Shown here: piece by piece, positions 52,871 to 64,000 of the stretch
Layout of the letters: the number at the start of each line of letters is the position of its first letter
Position numbering within the stretch: position 1 is the stretch's first letter
Translations under genes and position numbers: made by a program
From: Octopus sinensis
Lineage: Eukaryota
Assembly (NCBI RefSeq): GCF_006345805.1
Contig: NC_042998.1
Location: 35,030,001-35,094,000 of the forward strand
Direction: 5' to 3'
Length of the DNA: 64,000 nt
The notes under the pieces: generated by a model
Databases searched by the model: none
What the model saw: only the letters and a program-made list of their open reading frames with translations
What the model was told of the DNA's origin: nothing

Positions 52871-53183
52871 CTTGAGCAAAGGAGTTAACTTTACAGAAAA
52901 ATGCTCCGAGGACCCATCCTTCGGTGAGATCGTCAACGAGATGAACCCAGCTGCAACAAACTGTGACAAGAAGGTCGGCTACAGCCAAGTTGACAATATA
53001 AAAGTTAGTCACTGTCCGCATGCGTTTTTGTCTCATGACGATGATTATGATTAACAGGTTCCCTATTAGGGAGAAGATCACTATTAAACTGTAGAAGACA
53101 ACCTTTAGGGTCACTTCCCACAAGACGTGCTCCTTAAAACGGGGCATCGGGTAGGATATATTGATTCTTTCGTACACATCCAT
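52871..53183 (-). CDS. Coding exon of a class A (rhodopsin-like) neuropeptide-type GPCR: N-terminus, TM1, TM2, ECL1, start of TM3
   Basis: Translation MDVYERINISYPMPRFKEHVLWEVTLKVVFYSLIVIFSLIGNLLIIIIVMRQKRMRTVTNFYIVNLAVADLLVTVCCSWVHLVDDLTEGWVLGAFFCKVNSFAQ has TM1 GN, ICL1 RMRTVTN, TM2 NLAVADLL, ECL1 WxLG and the TM3 disulfide Cys. It ends at a canonical donor (CAAG|GTAAGT, phase 1, intron starts 52870). A possible acceptor (tctctttcattaag) lies just 5' of the ATG. Exact receptor subfamily not assignable by eye. Confidence 0.92.
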
Positions 53184-53378
53184 GCTTAATGAAAGAGACG
53201 AAGGTAGATGCGAGGAGCGTGTGTGTGTGTGTTTTAGTTTGACTCAAAAACAAAAACAACCGGGAAATCAGAGGGAAACTTCCGATGGACAGAGAACAAG
53301 TTTCTGATAACTGGGGGAACAGCAGCAGTGACAGCAGCAGCAACGACAGCAGCAGCAGAAGCAGCAACCCACACTTGC

Positions 53379-53426
<48 letters not shown>

Positions 53427-53545
53427 CAATGGAATATTTCTTGGTGGTCTCAGTAGTATAACAGGAATAGTTAAAATAAATGCATTATTGATAATGATGA
53501 TGACAATCAATGTAGTAGTAGTAGTATTAGTAGTAGTAGTAGTAT

Positions 53546-53585
<40 letters not shown>

Positions 53586-53736
53586 GTGGTGGTGGTGGTG
53601 GTGGTAGTAGTGGTGGTGGTAGTAGTGGTGGTGGTGGTGGTGGTTGTAGTAATAGTAGTAGTGGTGGTAGTAGTAGTAGTAGTAGTTGTGATGGTGGTGG
53701 TGGTTGTGGTGGTGGTGGTGGTAGCGGTAGTTGTAA

Positions 53737-53781
<45 letters not shown>

Positions 53782-53823
53782 TGGTAGTGGTGGTGGTGGT
53801 GGTGGTGGTGGTAGTAGTAGTAT

Positions 53824-53859
<36 letters not shown>

Positions 53860-53930
53860 CGGCACCAGCACCAGTTGCGTCGGCTGTGGTAATAACAATA
53901 ACAACAACAGCAACAACAACAACAACAACA
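53379..53930. repeat. (TAG)n/(TGG)n/(AAC)n trinucleotide tract upstream of the GPCR exon
   Basis: Direct reading. Confidence 0.9.
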
Positions 53931-54341
53931 ACAGAATCTACTTCTGCAGCAGCAGTAGCAGCGGTAGTAGCAGCAGCTGCGTCAGCGTCAGCAACAAACG
54001 GGAAAACAGGTAAGTTGACGACGGTATTGTTTTCAGGAGAACTGTTCAGAGCGTGTGTGTAAAATTTAATGCGAAGACATATACACATGCGCGAGCGGCG
54101 GGCGGACACACGGACACACACGCGCAGAACCCCCTCCCGCACAGGCGTCGCGAACACACATACACACGTAGGTACATAGACGCGCACCTTGTTTAACGTC
54201 TCTGCGTGGACGGACTCAAGCTTGTAACACACGCACATATGCTCGCGTACACGCTTGGACAGGTAAAAAGATAGGAATGAGGAAGATGGACGGGTGTGTA
54301 AGTCTGTGGTAAAATCGGTAGAAAATCAAATAAAATACTTT

Positions 54342-54504
54342 GTAGTGGCTCTTTGGTAAGAAATTTGCTTCCCAACTACAGCATCCAGGGTTCAGTCCCA
54401 CTGCGTGGTGGCACCTTCCCCAAGTTTCTTCTGCTCTGGCTTCGGGCCGATCAAAATCTTGTGAGTGCATATGGCAGACGGAAACTGAAAGAAGCCTGTC
54501 AGAT

Positions 54505-54545
<41 letters not shown>

Positions 54546-54795
54546 CACATACATATGTTTGTATATGTATGTGTGTGTATGTGTCTGTATATTTTCCCGC
54601 ACCAGCGCTTCGCAATTGTTGCTGGTGTGTTTACGTCCCCGTAACTTAACGGTTCCGTAAAAGGAAACCAATATAATAAACACCGGATTTAAAAAAAAAA
54701 GAATTACTAAGTACTGGAGCTGATTCAATCGACTAAAATACTTCAAAGTAGTGTTCCAGCATGGCCGTGACCTAATGAGTGAAACAAGTAAAAGT
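54342..54795 (+). mobile_element. SINE family B
   Basis: Homologous to 40337-40760. Confidence 0.8.
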
Positions 54796-55420
54796 TAAAT
54801 GATATTAGTTTATGCCACGTCATGTTTGCTGTGCAACCCCTGCCGCGTTTGAATTCGAATTTTCTCTTTCAGGGTATTCATGACATGAAGAACCAGTGAA
54901 GTTCTGGTATCGACATAATCAACCACCCCTCACCCATGCTTCATTAATCCTTGTCTTGTGCCTATGTGCAAATCGATATAAGTATCAGTCAGAAAATAAA
55001 CGTGATACATTGGGCAGTGTCTGCACCAACCCACAAAATTCATTAATATTATTTCGGCAAAACAAACATTATCCAGCTGACAGAATCGTTAACACACCGC
55101 TCAAAATGCTTCTGCGGCATTTTGTCCGTTTTTACATTCTGGGTTCAAAGGTCGACTTTTGCCTTCCATTCTTTCGGGGTTAATAAAATAAGTACCAGTA
55201 GAGTTTTGGGAACGACATAATCGATTTGCCCCCTCCACAAAATTGCTGACCCACTGCCGAAATTTGAAACAATGCCAGCATTGCTCACACGCCGGACAAA
55301 ATGTTAAGCGGTATTTCTTCCGGCATTTCACGTTCTGAGTTCAAATTGTGCCGAGGTCAGCTTTATCTGATATCCTTTCAAAGTTGACAAAATAAATACC
55401 AGTTTAGCACTGCCTATGAC

Positions 55421-55457
<37 letters not shown>

Positions 55458-55462
<5 letters not shown>

Positions 55463-56078
55463 TAGTTTTATTTTTATAGCGTGCTTTCACTTCACTACCG
55501 AGCACAGCTCTGTGTGCCTTGGGTATGTGCTGTGATTTGTTGATTTGCTCTGATGGTTATTGTATGGAAAGTGTTCTGCGTAGGATGTGTGCAGTGCCTA
55601 GTAGTGCAATTTTCTGTATGTTATATGTGTTTGTAAGTCCTGGTGTTTTTGTTATGTATTTGTCTGAATATTTTTTTATCATGCCTAATGCACCTACTAT
55701 GATAGGAATTGTTTCTGTTTTCAGGTTCCACATTCTAGTTACCTCTATTTCCAGGTCTTTGTATTTTGAGAGTTTCTCCATTTCTTTTAGAGACACGTTG
55801 TCATCTGCCGGTATTGATACATCAATTAGAAAGCATTTTTTTTCTTCATGATCTCTGACAACTATATCTGGTCTGTTGGCCTTAATTTCTCTATCTGTGT
55901 GTATCGGCATATCCCAGAGTATGGTTGCTTTCTCGTTTTCTGTGACCTTTTCTGGTGTGTGCCTATACCATCTTTTTTCTGTTGTTATTCCATAATGTTG
56001 GCATAGCTTCCAATGTATGTAGGTTCCAACTCTGTCATGTCTGTGAATATATTCCTTCTTAGCCAGGACTGGGCTATT
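55458..56078 (-). mobile_element. 5'-truncated R4/Dong-clade LINE (restriction-like endonuclease domain) inserted in (TAA)n
   Basis: Open frame RHDRVGTYIHWKLC..ILWDMPIHTD..NRPDIVV..LIDVSIP.D.N..KEMEKLSKYKDLEIE..IVGALG..ALLGTAHILRR; (TAA)n on both sides. Confidence 0.9.
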
Positions 56079-56079
56079 A

Positions 56080-56126
<47 letters not shown>

Positions 56127-56174
56127 TATCATCATCATCATTATTATTATTATTATTATTATTATTAAGGCGTT

Positions 56175-57045
56175 GAAAGGCAGCGAGCTGGCAGAATGGT
56201 TAGCACGCCAGGCGAAAACTTAGCGGCATTTTGTCTGTATTTACGTTCTGAGTTTAAATTCCACCATGATCGACTTTGCCTTTCAGACATTTCGAGGTCG
56301 ATAGATTAAGAACTTTCCCAGTGAAACACTAGGGTCGATGTAATTGACCTCCCCTCCCTCAAAAGTTCAGGCCTTGTGCCTTTAATAAAAAGGATTATTA
56401 AGGCGTTGAAGACGGCGGGCTGGCCGAATCGTTAGCGCGCGGGCAAAAATGTTTTGCGGCATTTCGTCTGTCTTTGCGTTCTGGAATCAAATTCTGCCGA
56501 GTTTAGCCTTTCATTTTTTAATGGGGGTCGATAAAATAAGTATCAGGTGAACTCTGGGGTCGATGAAATAAGTATCAGGTGAATTCTGGGGTCGATAAAA
56601 TAAGTACCAGGTGAACTCTGGGGTCGATAAAATATGTATCAGGTGAACTCTGGGGTCGATAAAATAAGTACCAGGGGAACTCTGGGGTCGATGGAATTGA
56701 CTTACTTTTATCCCCGAAATTGCTGGCTTTATGCCAAAATTTGAAATCATTAATAAGGCGCTGAACTGGCAGAATCATCAGCGCGTCGAACAACAGGCTT
56801 AGCAGCATTTCTTCTGGCCCTTTACGTCCTGAATTGAAATCTCGCCGAGGTCTTTGCCTTCTATCCTACTAGTTCGATGAAATAAATCCTAGTTGAGCAC
56901 CAACGTTGATATTATCTACTAAATTGTTCGTTCTAAAATTTCTTGATTTGTGTCGAAATTGGAAACCATTGAACTATCGGCGAACTAGCAAAATGGTTAG
57001 CATTCGGACAAAATGTTTAGTGGCATTTCTTTCAGTGCCTTCGGG
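56175..57045 (+). mobile_element. Head-to-tail cluster of about four family C SINEs
   Basis: Heads at ~56180, ~56410, ~56755, ~56985. Confidence 0.75.
56524..56692 (+). repeat. 32-bp minisatellite, ~5.3 copies, inside a family C SINE
   Basis: ggggtcgataaaataagtatcaggtgaactct at 56524, 56556, 56588, 56620, 56652, partial 56684. Confidence 0.9.
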
Positions 57046-57109
57046 CTGCTGCAACACCTCCACGGTGTGGTGCTTCTTTAATGTGTCCAAAATATATTTT
57101 TCGCTGGTA

Positions 57110-57750
57110 TCAAATTTTACCAGGGTTTTTGTTCCGTCTTTGTTCTTTTTTATTTTCTCTTCTGGGACAGTGGAGCGGGATCTTTTTTTTTCTGTGGTGT
57201 GCAGTTTTTTTCTTTTTTTGGGGGGGGGGATATAGATGGGGAAGGTGCACGTGTTCTCTTTTTTCTGGGTGTCTTGAACTCCCCCTCGGTCACCTCCATG
57301 GCGTCTTCCAGAGGAATTGTTACTTCAGATGGGGTGGGTGCATTTGTTTCTGTCGGGACCGGTGTGTGCATGGCCTGGGATTTTGGGGTGTTTTGTTTGG
57401 GAGCAGGCGCCACAGATGGTGGGGTGGGAGTATTTGTTTCTGTGGGGGCTAATTTGTGTACGGGTTTGGGGTCTTGTTCTGTAGTTGAAGGGCCTGATGT
57501 CTGCGCACTTATTATTTTTTTTTCCATATTTCACAATCTACGCGAATGTGGCCTTTTTTGCCACATTCGAAACACGTGGGCTTTTTGCCCTCTACTTGAA
57601 TCTTGAGGGCAATATCTTCCCTTGTGCTTTCTTGGGCTTTCTCAAATTCGGTTGCTTACTCTTCCAAAGACGAGTGTCTTTTGTATATTTGATTCTGAAA
57701 TATTGCTGGAAAACACAAGCCTTAATATCTCAGCTTGCCTGTTTACTATG
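57110..57750 (-). pseudogene. Gag-like/ORF1 fragment of a non-LTR retrotransposon with CCHC zinc knuckle
   Basis: KIQVEGKKPT-CFECGKKGHIRVDC (CX2CX4HX4C, 57533-57574), frameshift at an A-run, then Pro/Thr/Lys-rich tail (ORF 57150-57527). Confidence 0.7.
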
Positions 57751-58134
57751 TTTTCACAATATGTTACTAAAGCAGCTCGAATTTAAAGCATTTAATAAAT
57801 TATATTCATCTCTCACTGGAGAGACCCAACCAAAAACGGAACTGTAAATAATACAAATTGCCTAAAATAGCCCACTGTTTTTTGTTCGTTCTCACGCTTA
57901 GTGAAATGACAATATGACCTATTGAAGGACATCTTACTGAATAAGTGCATGTTGTACCTTTGATGGGTGATAGCGTGATTTCACACTATATGTTAATTAT
58001 ATTACTTCATCAATGTGATAGGAGTGTAGAAATGCGCCAAACAATTCCAGTGGTTTTAAATGAAGAATGGTCTTCAATCACTTTTCTATTTTCTATCTAT
58101 CTTTCTATCTATTTCTATTTTCTTTTACTTTTCT

Positions 58135-58339
58135 TTTATTCTTTTACATGTTTCAGTCATTTGAGTGCGACCGTGCTGGAGCACCGCCTTTTGTCGAACA
58201 AATCGACCCCAGGACTTATTCTTTGTGAGCTTAGTACTTAATCCATCGGGTTCTTTTGCCGAACCGCTAAGTTACGGGGACGTAAACACACCAATATCGG
58301 TTGTCAAGCAATGGTTGGGGGACAAACACAGACACACAA

Positions 58340-58378
<39 letters not shown>

Positions 58379-58528
58379 CGACGGGCTTCTTTCAGTTTCT
58401 GTCTACCACTTGAAAGGTTTTGGTCGGCCCAGGACTACAATAGAAGACACTCGCCCAAGTTGCCACTCAGTGGGACTGAACCCGGAAACATGTGGTTGGT
58501 AAGCAAGCTACCTACCACACAGCCACTC
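58135..58528 (-). mobile_element. SINE family B
   Basis: Reverse complement of family B. Confidence 0.8.
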
Positions 58529-58535
58529 CTTCACC

Positions 58536-58566
<31 letters not shown>

Positions 58567-59306
58567 ATGTGTGTGTATGTATGTGTGTGTGTGTGTGTGT
58601 GTGTGTATTTGCATGTCTGTCTTTGTCTCCCCCACTATTTCTTGTCATAATATATATATATATATATATATAATTTGGAAAAACAAATTTCCAAATCAAT
58701 TAGGTACAACCCTTCAGCGTTATATACATCTACATATTGTACATTGGGGTTTTATTTATCGTATATTTATATATTTATCTATAAATATACAAAGTATCTG
58801 ATAAGAATCAACATTAATTCGATTTGGGAAGATTAATAGATATGCGGGTATTCTTTTCCAGATAATACAAAAAATAACCTAATGAGTAAACTCATGGTAT
58901 CAATTTGCACATAACGAAATAAAACTTAAAGGATATAACCAAAATTTCCAGCTGGGTATATAATGTACTTCATTAATTATATCCTACTTTAGTTAATACT
59001 TATATTTATTAAATATGAAGGACCGACACGTTTTTCATAATCGGAAGATTACAATATATATACATATACACGACTGTATACCAATATATATATATATACA
59101 TATATAAATACATATATGCAATCGTCAGATTTACAATTATTCCAACACATCTCTAGGTTCTATTTCAAAAGACTATATATCTAATTTTACATCCCTTTAA
59201 AAATAAGCAATACAATTAAACATTAAAGATTAAAAATTTAAGAATTAAAAATTAACAATAAAAATTATACTTTGTAATATTATTCTTTGTAATATTAATC
59301 CCCCAA

Positions 59307-59334
<28 letters not shown>

Positions 59335-59349
<15 letters not shown>

Positions 59350-59744
59350 TTAGAGACAAAACCACTATTTTGCAAATCAAACAAGGAAAGACTTAATACA
59401 TAAAAAAATTTAATATAAAGTAAATAAATCGCCACTACAATTGCTTCTTGTCTTCAAATGACATTCATCAGGTGGATTTCATATCTTCTATTCAATTTTA
59501 AAGTTATGAATAGAAGATATGAAATCCACCTGATGAATGTCATTTGAAGACAGGAAACAATTGTAGTGGCGATTTATTTACTTTATATTAAAATTTTTAT
59601 GTATTGATTAAGTCTTTCCTTGTTTGATTTGCAAAATAGTGGTTTTGTCTCTAATTAATATTATATAATATTTTACTATAAAATTGGATTCAATCCTAAA
59701 TCTGATTTTTCCCTGTAAATTTGGATTTATTCCGTAATATTTAT

Positions 59745-59750
<6 letters not shown>
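59335..59750. mobile_element. Second palindromic Penelope-pLTR-like element of the 1327-1725 family, opposite orientation
   Basis: Arms ~59335-59493 and ~59506-59670 with shared sequence gagacaaaaccactattttgcaaa...ggaaagacttaat; unique extension 59670-59750 is the reverse complement of 1327-1412; flanked by (TA)n. Confidence 0.8.
59526..59569 (+). ncRNA. Minimal type I hammerhead ribozyme motif
   Basis: CCAC-CUGAUGA-AUGUC AUUUGAA GACAG-GAA-ACAAUUGU-A-GUGG; stem III is the perfect palindrome ACAAUUGU; base of stem II mismatched (A.G). Confidence 0.72.
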
Positions 59751-59785
<35 letters not shown>

Positions 59786-60400
59786 CTTCTTTCAGTTTCC
59801 GTCTGCCAAAGCCACTCACAAGTATTTGGTCGGACCGAGGTGCCACGCAGTGGGACTGAACCTGGAACCATGTTGTTGGGAAGCAAGCTTCTTACCATAC
59901 AGCAACACACACACACAAGTGGCACACACACACACACACACAGAAGAGACAAACACATTCACGTGTGTGTATGTTGATTGTTAATAGTAAAAACATTAAT
60001 GGATTACCGATTCGTTTCATTTAAAATTGTCGGTCGAAAAGTCAATAAAATGAAGATTTTTTGAAATATATGGATTGGAACGGTCGAAAGGAAGTCGTGA
60101 GTTCCTGGGAGAATTTGAAAAAAAAAACCCACATAGAATGGGCAAAAGTAATCAGTAAGTTGGGGCTGATGTAAAAAATGACTTACCGATTCTTAAATAA
60201 TCTTTGATTCTTTTACTTGTTTCAGTCATTAGACTGCGAGAATACTGGGAGTAACGCCTTCAAGAATTCTAATGGAACGAAATGCCATCAGTACTTATTC
60301 AATCTTTTAAACCTGGTATTTATTCTATCGGCCTCTTTTGCCGAACAGCTAGTTTAGAGAACATTCACAAACACATACGCACGCAGATATATATACACAC

Positions 60401-60500
<100 letters not shown>

Positions 60501-60744
60501 TGATAACAAAGGAATGTGACCTCGTTATTAGGTAAATAGAGGATATTTATATATGTATAGTTTAGGACAATCAGTAAGTTGTCATAATATTATGACAACT
60601 TTCCTAAACTATAGGCACGCACACACACACACATATATATATATGTGTGTATATGTATATATGTATGTATGTATGTATGTATATATATGTATATAATATA
60701 TATGTATATATATGTATATATATGTATGTATGTATAGATTGATT

Positions 60745-62198
<1,454 letters not shown>

Positions 62199-62584
62199 TG
62201 CTGCCGTTCTCTCTCTCTCTCTCTCTCTATCTATATATATATATATATATATATGCACGACAGGCTTCTTTCAGTTTCCGTCTACCAAATCCACTCGCGT
62301 GAGTTTGGTCGGTCCAAGGCTATAGTAGAAGACACTTACCAAAGGTGACCACGCCATGGGATTGAAATGCGGAACAATTTGAGAAGCAAGCTTCTTACCA
62401 CACAATAACGCCTGCGCTCACAAATAACACACATAAGTTTTTCAATAATTTTAGATTAAGGATTACAGCGAAGACTACTCCTATTTCATTCAACTTCACG
62501 TCCCCTGGGACTTTCATTTCTTTAGAATAAATAAAATTGATCGATTAATCTGTCAAAGACATAAGAAGCCATTTGCCCCCGGTA

Positions 62585-62818
62585 TTTATTTCTTTACTAC
62601 CCACAAGGAGCAAAACATAGAGGGGACAAACAAGGACAGACAAAGGTATTAAGTCGATTATATCGAACCCAGTGCGTAACTGGTCCTTAATTTATCGACC
62701 CCGAAAGGATGAAAGGCAAAGTCGACCTCGGCGGAATTTGAACTTAGAATGTAACGGCAGGCGAAGTATGGCTACGCATTTTGCCCAGCGTGCTAACGTT
62801 TCTGCCAGCTCGCCGCCT
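62585..62818 (-). mobile_element. SINE family C
   Basis: Near-identical to 13208-13437; other copies at ~5090-5340, 9513-9690, 9895-10128, 12270-12580, 14876-15000, 33625-33750, 55075-55410. Confidence 0.8.
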
Positions 62819-62896
62819 CCCGTTATTTATATATACATTGAAAGCAAGGTGAGAATTCTTTTGTAATGTCATTAGTTTACATTCTTTACACCTTGA

Positions 62897-63215
62897 CGTA
62901 GGTGTAGCTGTGTTGTGAGAAGTTTGCTTCCCAACTACATGGTTTCGGGTTCAATCCCATTGCGACGCACTTTGGACAGGTGTCTTCTACTATAGTTTCG
63001 GGACGACTAAAAAAAAGTGAGTTCATTTTGCTAGACGGAAACTGAAAGAAGCCCGTTATGTGTGTATGTGTGTGTGTCTTCATGTCTGTATTTGTCTTCC
63101 ACTACTGTTTAACAACCAGTGTTGGTGTGTTTCTGTCCCTGTAACTTAGCGGTTCAACAAAAATGTTCGATAGTATAAGTACCAACCTTAAAATTTTTTT
63201 TTTTAAACCGCGGTC
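62897..63215 (+). mobile_element. SINE family B (further partial copies at 23755-23970 -, 59783-59905, 62258-62418 -, 63648-63790 +, ~9050-9230 +)
   Basis: Homologous to 40337-40760. Confidence 0.75.
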
Positions 63216-63566
63216 GATTCATGGGCGTAGGCTAATGACGGACACAAATAAAAGATTAAATAACCACCCAACTTCTTCGTGCCCTTGTCCATGTTGAACT
63301 TTATCCTCAGTATTTTCATTTCAACGTTCACCAACACCTTCCTTCTTTCTTTCAATCCCCACATTTGAATGAGGGTTTCATTCTCTACCAGTTTTCACCA
63401 ACTACGGTTTTCTTTACAAAACATACATTTCAACTCCAGATTCGCTTTATTAGAAATTATTTAAGTTTTACGTATGTTTGCTCTAAAAAAGGGCAGTCTC
63501 AACCTTAAATATATGTGTGTAGTCACACACACACGCACTCACACATATGTTTATGATTGTACGTAA

Positions 63567-63639
<73 letters not shown>

Positions 63640-63819
63640 TATATATATGCGGTAATTGCTTACAAAACATGTGGTTCCGGGTTCAGTCCCACTGCGTGGC
63701 ACCAAGAGCAAATGCCTTCAAATATAGCCTTGGGCTGACCAAAATTTGTGAGTGGATCTGGGTGACGGAAAATGAAAGAAGCCCGTCGTAATAAATATAT
63801 GTATAATATATGTATATAT

Positions 63820-63851
<32 letters not shown>

Positions 63852-64000
63852 GGTATATATAATATATATATATATATATCTATATATATATATATATATA
63901 TATAATATCACGTATGTATGTATATATATATATATATACATATATATACATAATATATATACATATATTTATATACGACGGCTTCTTTCATTTTCCGTCA

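Noticed and set aside
53507-54238. Poly-T/V/P ORFs upstream of the GPCR as an extended N-terminus
   Set aside because: Microsatellite-derived; no in-frame spliced link to the exon can be shown.
56524-56692. CRISPR-like 32-bp repeats
   Set aside because: No spacers; head-to-tail tandem derived from a SINE in a eukaryotic context.
63240-63480. Possible Tx1/L1 3' remnant
   Set aside because: Resemblance too weak; stops in all frames and no clear motif.

Overview
AT-rich eukaryotic window dominated by microsatellites, tRNA-derived SINEs, degenerate LINE and DNA-transposon fragments and many foldback/palindromic elements. The repeat landscape resembles an octopus/coleoid cephalopod genome (inference, not database-verified). 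The only convincing host coding sequence is one minus-strand exon (52871-53183) of a class A neuropeptide-type GPCR (N-terminus to start of TM3). It ends in a phase-1 GT donor and I found no later exon, so everything downstream of it (coordinates <52871) may be intron. The standout signal is a set of unrelated non-coding elements carrying type I hammerhead ribozyme (HHR) motifs, each docked in a microsatellite. (i) A ~481-bp tandem array (43641-47556) has one HHR per complete unit (8 copies) and an internal strand inversion, i.e. a retrozyme-like array predicted to release ~480-nt self-cleaved monomers. (ii) Two palindromic Penelope-pLTR-like elements (1327-1725, 59335-59750) have a minimal HHR in each arm. 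(iii) A 4-copy ~200-bp family carries a variant CCGACGA-A core. (iv) Further degenerate or split HHRs lie at 8653-8708, 36457-36533 and 52644-52686. Two RLE-type LINE 3' fragments sit in different microsatellites, (TAA)n and (CATA)n. All calls come from reading and hand-pairing the sequence; no folding software or database search was run.
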